From Oopsacas minuta (Eukaryota > Animalia > Porifera): DNA of 59,628 nt. The notes under the pieces were generated by a model that saw only the letters and a list, made by a program, of their open reading frames with translations, did not search any database and had not been told where the DNA came from. The stretch covers positions 204,397 through 264,024 of the forward strand of contig JAKMXF010000345.1 in assembly GCA_024704765.1 (NCBI GenBank), written 5' to 3'. Below, one piece after another: positions 38,151 through 50,300 of the stretch; the first letter of the stretch is position 1; every line of letters begins with the position of its first letter. The position numbers were made by a program, and so were the translations under genes.

Positions 38151-38520
38151 CTTCAGTGGATAAGTTTTTATCCATCTGGTATAATGATATATCATCTTAA
38201 GATATATTTGTGAGACATTAGCTTAAACACATATCAGAAAGGAGGGACAGTTGGTAAGTATCAAGGTTGCAATTGAATAGTTCAATATTCGGTTACCAAC
38301 CGAATAATATCAGTATTCGGTCAAGCAACTATTCATGAATACTGATATTCGGTTCGATCGATTTCAACCTTGGTAAGTATGAAGTTAATAATAGTTTATG
38401 CATAGTTTCAAAATAGATAAATGTCCATGGTTAATTACTTCTTAGGTGGGACCATTTTCGTCACACAAGGGGGATAGAAATCCATAAATGCAACAATTAT
38501 GGCAAACGATACATGGAAAT

Positions 38521-38650
38521 TCTAGTATAATATAGAACTATAAAGTGACTTATACATATTGTGTGTATAGAGTATAATATATCTATTACAGGTATCCGTA
38601 TTACATAATGTGTGTCTAAATATATCTCAAATATTATTAGATACTGTTCT
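38521..38650. repeat. ~130-bp segment duplicated at ~41455-41585, just upstream of the second NHL gene
   Basis: Shared ATAATATAGAACTATA..CTTATACATATTGTGTGTATAGAGTATAATAT..TAATGTGTGTCTAAATATATCTC..TATTATTAGA(T/C)ACTGTTC in direct orientation. Confidence 0.85.
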
Positions 38651-39439
38651 TATGCGAATAGATATCAATTACACATAATACAGTAAACTCTCGTTATAAC
38701 GAAGTGCTGCGGACAGCGGATTCATTTCGTTGAAAGCTTCCAAGTTATAGGACGGCGGTTCACAACCTGGGTTCACTCATTTTTCTATGGATATCCTGTA
38801 TCAGAAAAATATTTACAGAAAATATATAAATCTTAAAAATAAGTCGGGCACACTGAGAACATTCCAGTACTCACACATACACATTACATTTGGTAGTCAT
38901 TTGATGACTGAAAGAGCACAAAACATTGGTGAACACCCTTTCTCTCAAAAGTACGTCGAACTTTTGCAACCTAATTTCAACCACAACCACCAACATAACC
39001 TCCTCTTCCACCACCTCCTCCAAATCTTCCACCAACCAAATGATAGCTATTTCTTCTCCATCTACTACTACTACTATCTGGTTCATTTGGTTTTTCTCAA
39101 TCTTTCCTACAACACACTAATATGCATGAAAAAACAAAATAATATACATCAATGGACCAATACCAATACACGATAGCACTACCGAAAAGGAGGAATAAAT
39201 TCCAACCAAAAGACCAATATCACCACTACATGTACAGATAACTACAAGTGATATTCCGGGAGTAATCAATGGTAAACCGAGAATATTTTTATTAAACAAA
39301 TAACAAATCTCCTAAAGAATCGATTATATGAATCTTCATCCTTGAAAGTTTAATTAATAATAATTTTGTAAATTAATAATCAGTGGCTAATATGTATTGT
39401 CTAGTTTCCCCAAGTAATGTAGATACAAATATCTGTAAG

Positions 39440-39623
39440 CAGGGTTTCATGCAGCAATTCTGAACCATACACCTAAAACTTTCCACCTCATTTTTACGCG
39501 CACCTAGAGCATACATATAGTATTATGATATGGGATCTTGCTCGAATTTTGACGCGTCTAGATCTATATTCGCTGAAATTCATGCACCTGTAGGCGCGTT
39601 GCATAATCCTGGATGAAACCCTG
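39440..39623. mobile_element. hAT-family MITE, copy 1 of 3
   Basis: TIRs CAGGGTTTCATGCAG / CTGGATGAAACCCTG with a perfect 8-bp TSD TCTGTAAG. Confidence 0.92.
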
Positions 39624-40144
39624 TCTGTAAGCATACGTCTGAACTAATTAAGAGGCTAGGTTATCCTTAGTATTAGCCTATATCATTACAATAAACATCT
39701 AAGCACACGTTAGTGCATGGACTGGGGACAGTTTGAGCTAGTACATGGTGTGTAGTGTAGCATAGGACCACCGGAAATGTACTAGCGACCGCACGTGACC
39801 AAGAGGCCAAATTTTGACCCCAACTCCCTGTGTGACACATTTCACCGTTTATAATACAAAAAGAATAAGGCTGTCACACATCGCATACCACTCCCCCTCC
39901 CCTTGTTGCGCTACGTAACGTTTGAACGCCCCTTTGGCCATAGGATATACTCTACATGTTACAGTTTTACAGAATAGGCAGTCAAGAATTGAAGAGATCA
40001 CTACTATTTGTATGGAAATTTTAGCTTTGGCTGAATACTATCGTTCAGGGTATATTTTCAAACAAGAATACTTAGAGATAAATACAAAAATTCTAAGCTA
40101 GTAGAGTATAATGAATGATAAGACATAAAATAAAAAATAGAGAC

Positions 40145-41424
40145 TCAGAGAGGTGAGAAGAGCTGTATCATGTTATGCTGCTTCCAATCTACTGTTACAA
40201 TAGAACATAAATCATCTACTGCTATTCCCATTAGCCAAGTGAATTCTCCTGGAGCTGATCCTTCTTTACCGAATTTAGTAATCAATTTACCTTCATTTGA
40301 GAATATCTTTACTTCAGAAGTTCCTGTATCAGCTACGAGTATGTTGTGTTGTTGATCAAGACAGAAAGACCAACAATAATCCAACAAATCCTTATGTACA
40401 ACACATCTAATTAATGTGCCTTGTTTAGAGAATGCTTGTATAGGATAATCTGTCTTAGTAAAAGCTATGTAGAATACATCTCTAGCTAGTGATATATCTT
40501 GTAACCGAGTATCTTCTCCTTTGAATTGAGTGTTAAGAGTTATTCTACTTTCTTCTATCAATTCAGGTGTTAGGACTGTTAGCTGTATATTCTTCCATTC
40601 ACCCACAAAGATATAAGCATTATCTGTAGAGATTCCTAATAGAGAATAGCCAAGATATTTGTAAGATTCTTTCTCAAAGGTTGATTTGTTGAATTTACAT
40701 ATTCTCACTGAAAATTGTACAAAGATGGACTCAGATAGAATGAGAATTTTCTCTGGATGAACAATATCTTCATCTTCTAGAAATTGAATCCATTCCCCAT
40801 TTCTAGAGAATATCTGAACTCTGTCAGACACCCGATCAGCTACATAAATTCTATCATGGATAGAATCTATTGCTACACCCAATGGATCATATATCTGTTC
40901 ATTTAGCTTGCCTCTGTCAGCAAAACTTGACTTTAGGGGAATATGAATATCTTCTTCAAACTTCACAATTCTCTGTTCACATGTACATAGTGTGTTAATA
41001 CTCTTCCTCAACTCATTAACATTCCATTTCAATTTCACGTAAGGAATATCAATATTCATTCCTCTTTTTACGGATTCAATAGATTCATTGATTTGATCGA
41101 AACAGGGAATTTCATTCAAATCTTTGAAGATCTTTCCCATCTCTGCTTTGTGTTTGTTTAACTCTTCAATCCTTTTGTGGATTTCATCTTTTTTCTGATT
41201 CATTCGTTGGTTAGCTTCATCCCAGATTGCTTCCAGTTCCCTGAGAATCTGTCTGTTTTCTGTTCTATCAGTCGTTTCATTTCCTCACCAACATTCCTTA
41301 CAAGTGTCTTCTTGCTGTCAATCACGTCTCTTAGTATATTCATTCTGTCCTGTAGCTTGTTACTGACAGGCATCAAGCTAACAGGTCCAGAAGCTGGAAT
41401 TTCATTTATCAATGCAGTTGCCAT
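40145..41424 (-). CDS. Second coiled-coil + NHL-repeat protein, with an apparent frameshift near 41255 (pseudogene or sequence error)
   Basis: MATALINEIPASGP.. (41424) runs as a coiled coil to ..LIEQK; the other frame continues RQILRELEAIWDEANQRMNQKK.. into NHL repeats (IYDPLGVAIDSIHDRIYVADRVSDRVQIF; EFTWLMGIAVD) ending at TGA 40145. Confidence 0.78.
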
Positions 41425-41805
41425 TTCCACATATATTTTCAGCATAATGCTAGTACTATGATAATATAGAACTATATACAGTGGCTTATACATATTGTGT
41501 GTATAGAGTATAATATGTCTATTACAAGTATCCGTATCATATAATGTGTGTCTAAATATATCTCCTATATTATTAGACACTGTTCCAGTGTTGCAGCAGT
41601 TGGGGAATATCATGGACCGGACAGGACCCTGATTGTTAGTTTCTGTATAGTCTAGACCGATAACATAACTCTGGTTAATTGATGTTCAGACGCAGTAAAG
41701 TTTTTGGAAAGGTTTGTAGACCATCAACATCAACACATGTCTGAAAAAGCGTGACATTAGTATATTGACTCAGCATCAAATCGTTGACTTACTATCTTAG
41801 CATAT

Positions 41806-41965
41806 ACGATCGCGCTTCGCTTGCTCGTGCTCTGCGGTTGCGAACAATTCGTGTCTACCCAGGCCTATGGCCATCGAGAACAAAATCTTAACCATACCAA
41901 ACATGATACTGCAATAATCTTCAAATCTGCTTACTTTATATCCCAAAAGTGAACAAATGTTTATG
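41806..41965. repeat. Dispersed repeat, inverted homolog of ~3500-3665
   Basis: CGCTTGCTCGT..GCGGTTGCGAA..ATCTTAACC.TA.CAAACATGATACTGC.ATAATCTT.AAATCTG.TTACTTTAT..CCCAAAAGTGAA is shared. Confidence 0.8.
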
Positions 41966-42117
41966 AAATGTTGTTTACAATATCATATTTAGACTCATCA
42001 CACAACAGACACAAATTTAGTGACGTCATCAACCACAAAAATGGCCAACACAAGAGAGAAAATTGAAGCTCCATATATGGATATAACATAAATAGGTTTG
42101 CACTTGGCAGGTATGCA

Positions 42118-42298
42118 CAGGGTTTCATCCAATATTTCTGAATCATACGCCTAAATCATCCCCTTCATTTGTACGCTTGTAGAGCATACATATAGTATTA
42201 CGGTATGGGATCTAGCTCGAATTTTGACGCGCCTAGATCTATATTCGCCGAAATTCATGGGCCTATAGGCGCGTCGCATACGCCTGGATGAAACCCTG
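42118..42298. mobile_element. hAT-family MITE, copy 2 of 3
   Basis: Perfect TIRs CAGGGTTTCATCCA / TGGATGAAACCCTG; TSD GGTATGCA / GGTAGGCA. Confidence 0.9.
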
Positions 42299-43200
42299 GG
42301 TAGGCATATATGTAAACATTGTTGAATATTCGCATGAAGGTTTGTATTTATTATAGAAACGCATATGAAAATGTCCAGAATGTCTGAACGGTATGGTACA
42401 GAGGCTCGAAATTGAGAGGTTATGAGCCCATGTGGGGTCGGGACGGGGTCCCCAATATTCTCAGAATGCCCCTCCATAACGTATTGAATACAATGATTAT
42501 ACTAAGGGATAGTGGTAAGCTGGATAGAGTATATAGGCTTGGCCCGCAACAAAAATCCTGTTACTTCTACGCCCATGCCCCCCTACCCTCTTTCGAATGA
42601 GTAAAACATCTGGTGTAAAGGGGAACTTTGTGATTCGTGCGGGGATGTAGGTGACAAAGTTTGGCCAGCATGTAAATCACAAAAGAATATGCTTCAAAGT
42701 CGGTGTCAGAGGTAATCTTGTTCGCCAAAACACTAATTCATAGAAAACCAGTTTCTCCGAATGTTTCCCCTTGCACAATTAGCAACACGTACGCGGGTCA
42801 AGGAAACCCCAGCCACCTAGTGGGGCCAAGACCTAACGATAATCCAACGAAAGTCTACACAGACTATCCATAATAGAATTAGAAATGCTTATATTCTCGG
42901 CTAAATGCTATCTAGTTAGATAATCCAATCAAAATCCAATTCAATCACCAAAATAGTGAGTTAGAAACACACTTAGCCACAGGTACTCGGGTCAGGGAAA
43001 TGGGAACAAGTACTCCGTACAGTATTCCGTAGGGAATACTGTTTGGAGAAGGATTCCCTATGACACCGGATAAATTCATCCCAAACCCTAACTGTCCGAG
43101 CAAAAACCTAAGGTATAACACTAATATATGGTCATTTATAACATCACGCAATAACAATCATACATACCATATCACAGGGGATGAATTAATCTATTTTAGT

Positions 43201-43430
43201 AAATCTCAATTGTTGTCTGTTCGTCCGTTGTCAAGGAAAGGATTTACGGTATGCAATTTGGAAAATTGTCACATAACTATGTATTTATCGTGTTTATCAA
43301 GGAAGTAAATAGAATTCAACTAAACATATCGAACATGCTGAATCCGATTTTCACACTTTTGGATTAATCATATGTAAATTTATTGTTATTTTTATGAATA
43401 TAAAGTAAACAAATTGGCCAAATCTCAAAA
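43201..43430. repeat. Dispersed Helitron/HINE-like repeat fragment
   Basis: 43201-43270 matches 3424-3492; ~43365-43410 matches ~32805-32855; contains GCTGAATCCGA. Confidence 0.55.
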
Positions 43431-43454
43431 TTTACATAAGTACTTGCCCTCAAC

Positions 43455-43871
43455 CAGGGCCGTTGAGAGCGGAGCGGGCCCCGGGTCATAATTTTGGGTG
43501 TGGGGCTCCTCTGATATTTTGGTCCGTTATCGTGAAGTGAATAAACTAAACGCAAACTTATTGCTCTAAACAGTCAAAGAAACAAAAAGGTTGTTAGCCT
43601 ATTTACCCGTGCCTGCCGTTTGGATCGATCCCGTAAACTGAGTTAGTTATGGAAAAAAATTATAATTGATACAAAGTAAGTCAGGACTGGGTTTCTAGGA
43701 AGGATTAAATAACAAAGGTATTACTCTGCCCAGCGATGTCTTTATTTTCCCCTTTACTTGTCTACTTAATGTAGCCAGTAAAGCCCATGCATACCTTCAT
43801 AGACAGAATTTCTAGGGCCCCCTCGGGCCCCGGAGTAATTACCCCGCCTACCCCCCCTCTCGACAGCCCTG
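43455..43871. mobile_element. hAT-family MITE (different family)
   Basis: TIRs CAGGGCCGTTGAGAG / CTCTCGACAGCCCTG with a perfect 8-bp TSD CCCTCAAC; GGGCCCC subterminal motifs. Confidence 0.9.
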
Positions 43872-44792
43872 CCCTCAACTGCTACAAAGGGGGTTGATCT
43901 TACAATATATATATATGCCATATACGTATATTTGTGAATTACATTGTTTTAAATATATCTATACTATAATACTCGAAGGAGCCGTCAATATGGAGAATAA
44001 TGGATACCTCGAGGCGCAATGGGAACGAGTTCATCGCGAAGCGACGAGCCAAAGGTTGGTATAGATAAAATCAGAGAAGTATAATAAATTTCGAGTGTCC
44101 CGTCAGCTTTAGGTAAAATAATGAATTACACTATGCCTATGGCTCCGAACCCTGCGTCTGACAACCATAAACGCCCTACATCAAATATTGCACTCAATCC
44201 TAGACAAAAACCATATAGAATTTCGAGAATAGAACTAACTCGTTTATATAGAAATGGAGTTAACCAGGGATTTGAGTTACGATCGAAGGGAAAAATTACT
44301 AAATTAAGGAAAATTTTACATTTTTCTGATAAAAGATGGAAAAATTCATATTTTAATATATGCAAATAAAATTATAAATCCATTGAATATTTTGAAAATC
44401 CAGGAATTTCGAGACAAATATCAAGGCAATCAGTTACAAGAGCTTGGTAAGTATGGTAGTCATATTTGGAATTAGAGGTTAATAAATTCGTGCATTCGAT
44501 AAACTCAAAGTTTCTTCAGCTTATACTTAGAGAATCTTAATTGAGGACTTATAATGTAAGATACGGTGCAGTTAAAATAGCGATCTAGGGTAGGAATCTT
44601 TTGACATTTTGAAAACTTAATTTTGGCTATGTATAGTCTAAGAACTCTCTGAATTTACCCACTTTTTGACTGTAACTAAATGACGGGACATTTCTGTCAC
44701 CTGACAATATTAAATAGATACAGAATTTGTCCATACTTACTATAATATCTTCTTGATTATAGTTCTATAGAAATACGGAATTACCAAAATAT

Positions 44793-45407
44793 CTATTTTC
44801 TTTTCTCCTCGCTATTAAAATTCAAAAATTTAGAATTGTTTCCCCTTTGTATAATATCTAGAATAGTTTCCTTTTCCCAGCGAGAAGGATCCTCACCTTT
44901 TCCCTCATTCAGACGGGCTAGATAAATTTTCTGCTCTGTCCTGAAACTCTTGACTGCCTCAATATTCCTCTCGATTTCAATTTTAATTTTGTATTGCTTC
45001 AAAAAACTGGGTGTTTTCTTCAGTACCGCTTCACTCTTCTCCAAACGTTTAACTTTGTCTAGACAATAGTGTTTATGTGGAGATTTCTCGTCTAACTCTG
45101 ATGGCCATTCATAACCAGCTTCAATATACTTCTTCTTCAGTCTAGAAAATTCAACAGCTGATAACTCTGCTTTCTGCCAGAACCCTCTAACGAACTTTAC
45201 TCTACGTTTCTGCATAATATCATGGTATATTCTCGGAGGTATTGGCTGACGTTCAGACTGTGGAGAGTCAGATTGATTCCCAGAAGCTTCAGATTTGAGA
45301 GACTGAAGTTCTTTCTCAAATTTAATAGAAAATGGAGTTTTCTTAGGAAGGCTTTTGGTGGGCACAAGTTTCTTAGCCATATAACTCAAAGATTTCAATA
45401 TACTCAT
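44793..45407 (-). CDS. Basic 204-aa intronless protein, putative mitochondrial ribosomal protein mL59 (yeast MRPL25)-like
   Basis: Long open, Lys/Arg-rich ORF with an N-terminus lacking acidic residues. The core GFWQKAELSAVEFSRLKKKYIEAGYEWP..PHK..KRLEKSEAVLKKTPSFLKQYK recalls the mL59 pattern (G.W.K..lS....rlrK.....G..wP..gHK...R......kmP.....yk). Recognised from memory, not searched. Confidence 0.5.
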   Translation of the reverse strand: MSILKSLSYMAKKLVPTKSLPKKTPFSIKFEKELQSLKSEASGNQSDSPQSERQPIPPRIYHDIMQKRRVKFVRGFWQKAELSAVEFSRLKKKYIEAGYEWPSELDEKSPHKHYCLDKVKRLEKSEAVLKKTPSFLKQYKIKIEIERNIEAVKSFRTEQKIYLARLNEGKGEDPSRWEKETILDIIQRGNNSKFLNFNSEEKRK

Positions 45408-45825
45408 ACTACACTTGATTCCCCCTAATAGACTAATACCACAAGATTAACAAATACAGTTTGAACTGAATAAGCGCTCGTCGCTATGTTTTTTGTACAA
45501 GCTAATAAACCGTGGCGCTTATTATTTCGTCCCAATAAGAGCCATTATGTAACTTTATAATTAGAAAATATAACCCGGAGCATGTAATCTTTACTCTATA
45601 TATTCAAGTAACTTGTAAGCACGTAAATTAGGAGTATTTTGGCCAGCTACACGCGGGAACCTTTTCATGCTTAGGTGCTCATTCAGGGAAATACGGTATC
45701 CTCGATCAGGAGTATATATTCGTATTTAGCAACCTCCTGCTATTTCGCGAGCAATTAATAATACGTATTCAGTAATTATGTTCTCATATATGCAGTACAT
45801 ATCTCTACAGCCCCTACTGTTAGTA

Positions 45826-47023
45826 CAGTGGAAGCCGCTTAATCGGGACAGCTCAGGAGTCAATGTTTTGTCCCGATTAACTTTAAGTATTCAAAATTAG
45901 TTTTCATGGTCTCAAATCATAACCAGAAACATCTTATTACACTCCTACTAAATCCTGATTATATAGGGAGCGAGGTAAGTGAATAAGCTTGGTTTGTAAA
46001 TTGTAATCAAATCGGTGTTGTATTGTTATGGTTGTAGAATATTAAAATTCCTAGTTTTAAAAACAAACCATATTACAATGATTTTGAATAATTATCTAAT
46101 CGTTTATTTGGAATGAAATCACAATTAAGTGAATATGACAGCGTTTCTTAACCTTTTCATACCTCAGCACCCCTTATAGTCAGTCTTGGCAATTCAGCAC
46201 CCCTTACATGAATCTACAAGTAGTACAGTGCCCCTCTGTAACTGTAACAAGGATGAAATAAGACAAATAACACACTGTTTCATAATTGATTGTATTTACA
46301 TAAATTACTCCATTAAAAATCCAACTCAATCAGAAAGAAAATGTAACTTTAGACATCACGAACATACCTCCACGATTATTCAGGAGGGCAGAGAAATCAT
46401 ATTTCACATATTCACCACTCCATTTGCGTATTTTTGATATTTTAGAATTTACTGATATCTAAATCACAAAAATACTTATATGGAATCCAGTTCCATAGAA
46501 CTGAACCGGTTGTACTTTACGCACAGTTTTATTTTTCAGCTTATGGGTCCGTTTTAAATACTGATTTCCTTATATGGAAGTTCAGTTCCATGGAACTGGA
46601 TTCCATACCAGTATAATTATTCCCTATCACAATTCTGTGACAGAAAAGAACTCGAGTAAGTAACACAGAAAAGAATAAAAGTTAAATACAATTAATTCAT
46701 AGCCAGACATTACTGTATTTAGTAAAGACAGCTGAATGTTTCGATATTTATCCTGAAGCATCTGCCAGCCTGAAATGTTATCTAGAATCTAAACAAAAAC
46801 ATCGTACAGCACATAGCAGAATCCTTATCCAGCACCCCCTAAAATCGATGTCAGCACCCCAGCTTAAGAAACGCTGGAATATGATGTTCAAATTCGGTTA
46901 ATGGGGATTTTTTATCCCGATTAACCGATCCAATGTCCCAATTATCCAACGATTTTCTATGTAAAAATTTGTTCCCACATAATTGTACCGTTTAAGCGGA
47001 TATCGATTAAGTGGCTTCCACTG
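45826..47023. mobile_element. 1.2-kb non-autonomous Tc1/mariner (pogo-like) element, possibly with nested insertions
   Basis: TIRs CAGTGGAAGCCGCTTAATCG / CGATTAAGTGGCTTCCACTG, TA on both sides; TCCCGATTAAC subterminal repeats at both ends. Confidence 0.8.
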
Positions 47024-47350
47024 TAATACGAATTGTGTAATATTCAGAATCAGAATATTAACCATTATGGACTGACTACTGTACAATTTGAACAAAGATG
47101 AATTTTCAAAGAACATAAAAATTCTTTAGTGGAGTTAACTAGCAATCATTTTACTAGCCTTAAGTAAATCGTAAAAGAATGCTCGGATAAGCGACTAAAG
47201 AAAAATATATAAGTATGCATAGCAGGACCAATAATTTCATTAGCTACTGATGCACTATTCAGGGCCAACTGGGCTGGGTCATGGCCAGACCAATATAATT
47301 ACGAGAAGTGGTTCATATATAAAATACAAAATATCTAAATTGAACATAAT

Positions 47351-50300
47351 CTAAACAGATTCCTGTTGTTTTTGATACTCAAAAACGCTTCCACTCAATA
47401 CTCCATGTTTCTTGATATTACCTACCGGTCTGGTCTGCCGGTCACGGACATCACCATATCCTCCGCCGCCAGGTGTGCATAACCGCAGAGAATCACCTGC
47501 TAGTACATCAACTGCGGTTTTTCCACCTAGATTAACCTTCCTACCATTAGTTTGTATTAAAATATTCAATCCTGAGTGACCATCTTCCCCTCCATTCATT
47601 CCGTAAGGTCTGAAAACTCTCCGTTCTGTGAGCAAACATAATTTTAACTTTTTTCGGAACATAATCTCCCTGACAACTCCATCTCCACCTTGGAATTCAC
47701 CATCACCTCCAGTGTTTGGATTTAAATGGAATGCGCGGAGAATGAGTGGATAACGCTGTTCCAAAACTTCAGGATCTGTTATCCGCGTGTTTGTCATGTG
47801 ACTATGTGTACCAGATCTATAATAGAAATACAGTTTACATCCAAGATAATTTTAAGTTTCAAAATATAGACAATATAAACGAACACACGAAGATACAAGT
47901 ACGATTAAGAAAGATAAAGAAACAGACACAATACTCGTATCAATTAAGACTTAACCAAATACGGCCGGGAAAATGTGTGATTTCATGACGTCAGAAAGGT
48001 GCTCAAATCTCTTTTTAGGTACGGGAATTGGTAAAATTTCAGTATTACTTTTCATTACGATCGTAAAACTCAACCATAATCGGTTAAAAGGTAATTTTGA
48101 ATATTCCTGTGCCATGAAGTGGTCAATTTGGGCCATTAAGGCCGCATTTTGAGGCGTTGCCATGGTTTTGAGACAAGGACGGCCATGCCGGGCACTTTTT
48201 CAAAGTGAGAGAGCTCCGCCCTCTCAGTTTTGTGGAAAATTACTTGCAAAATCAAAATTCAAAGTAACTCCTACCTATAACTAATGTATTTTTCATCTTA
48301 TATTTCTTTGGAAAAACATGGCAGGAGACCTCGTCTCTGTATTTCCATTAAACAAACAAACAAACAACAATATATGATTAATATGAACAATCATAGCTAT
48401 GGAACACTCAATTAAAACAAATAAACAGACAAACAAATGAATACGCAAACATATGAACAAACAAAACAAATCAACAAACAACAAATCAACAAACAACAAA
48501 GTAACAATGAGTAAATAAAATAAACAACTGTACCTTCCATCCCATCCTGGACCAGCACCCACACCACCAGCTACAGTTTCATAATATCCATGAGTATCAT
48601 CTCCTAATGTGAGATTATTCATACAGCCCTGAGAAGCTGCACACACATTAAACGCCTTCAATACTACATCTACAATACGTTGTGACGTCAGAACATTACC
48701 ACCTACTACTGCTGCAATGTCTGACGGAGATAGAAGTGTATTTGGAGGGATTTTAAGTGTGACCGGTTTTAAACAGCCTTGATTTAAAGGTATATCACTA
48801 CCTACCATTGCTCTGAGACAGTATATTATTGCTGCTAGTGTTACAGCACGTGGTGCATTTGTGTTGTTGTAAACCTCCATTCCAGTACCAGTAAAGTCAA
48901 ATATTGCGTCACCTGTATGGAAGTATGGAATTGTGAATAATACAAGATTGGCTACCGAAATATCAGAATGAAACTATCGAAAATGACATATAGCCTGATA
49001 TCTACCTAAAATAATTCTATATTTTCGATATGTATTTATGACATTGGGTAACTTAGATAAAGTTACTATTACGGAAATTTAATCGATATTGATAATCGCC
49101 AAACCTTGCAAAAGGGCTGCTTAATGTGAGCCCTTATGAACGAAAACCTTCTTAATAACAAATTGACTTATATTAAGGAAAAGCAATTATATTACTACGC
49201 AAAATATTTAGGCCAAATTCCTACACCTGCTACCAATATTTAGATGAATTTTTAGGTAGAATCCAAGTGTCTTATTTTAGTGTAACTCCTATAGGGAGAT
49301 GACCTAATGGCATGGTCGCAATGTGCGATGTCCGTAAGTCATTCCGCCTGGCCGTGTGAAATCTAGCAATCTGATTAGCATTAAAACTGGCACGTATATA
49401 AACTTTGGGTTGGAGATTTGCACCTCGGGTATGAATATTTCTAAAGTGAAATTATCACACCTCTGGTGATTAATCATATTTTCACACCTTTCTGCTCATA
49501 TTTCAAAATAATACTAGAAATTTCGTTTCAGCTGTTAGTCACGATTAATCGATTTTATCGATTTCAATTTTGATTACACACCACAAAAAATGTAAAAATG
49601 ATCAAACCATTAACACTTCCGGTGAAACTACTTTGAAAATGTAAGTTTAAGAAATTGAATTGGGGAAATGAATATGATATGCGTGAAGATGTCACAAGAA
49701 TTTTAATTTTGCTATTTTCCAAGATGTTAACTCATTAACTAGATAATTAGAGGAAAAACATTAAAAATCAAATTTTACAAATGTATAATATATATTGAGA
49801 TTTTAAATATACTAAAGTGTATAATATTTGTGGGAATTTTCAAAGCATTTACATAATTCCTCCCTGAGATTCAGCCACTTTTATGTTTATACCACAAGTG
49901 GAACATATGACAGGGTCTCCACTAAATTATAGGATTCACAAATGACTTCAAATATATTCCTATTATTATTTATGGTTCATTTATCATGTCAAACTCATCT
50001 GTAGTCAATACGTAAGAAGTGGGGGGTTTTCCTGGTACAAACAGAAAAGTGGCTATATCTAAGGAAGGAATGATGTAAATGCTTTGAAAATTCGCACGAA
50101 TTTGTGACAACTTCACACAACATATTCATTTCCCCAATCCAACATGTCAAGTTTATATGTTCTATGAATTTCCACAGCCAAGTTGTTAATGGTTCGATCA
50201 TTTTGGGAGATATTTTGCAATTTGTGGTCGGAAATTTTATCACTACATGATTTGCCAAAGGATTAATCATTTCTAACACATTTGGCTTATACTTCGAATG

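Noticed and set aside
38787-39176. Overlapping ORFs at 38787, 38871 and 38926
   Set aside because: They arise from a low-complexity CAC/CTC/TAC-rich tract; there is no recognisable domain in any frame.
42151-42477. ORFs 42151-42477 and 51507-51788 sharing RVKIRAR
   Set aside because: The shared peptide is a translation of the hAT MITE body. The real part of 51507-51788 is OPLAH exon 4.
49295-49385. Intronic C/D-box snoRNA candidate in OPLAH
   Set aside because: A CTGA is present, but there is no proper RUGAUGA C box and no convincing terminal stem.
49995-50279. 94-aa ORF in OPLAH intron 4 as a nested gene
   Set aside because: No recognisable motif, splice structure or paralog in the window; possibly TE debris.
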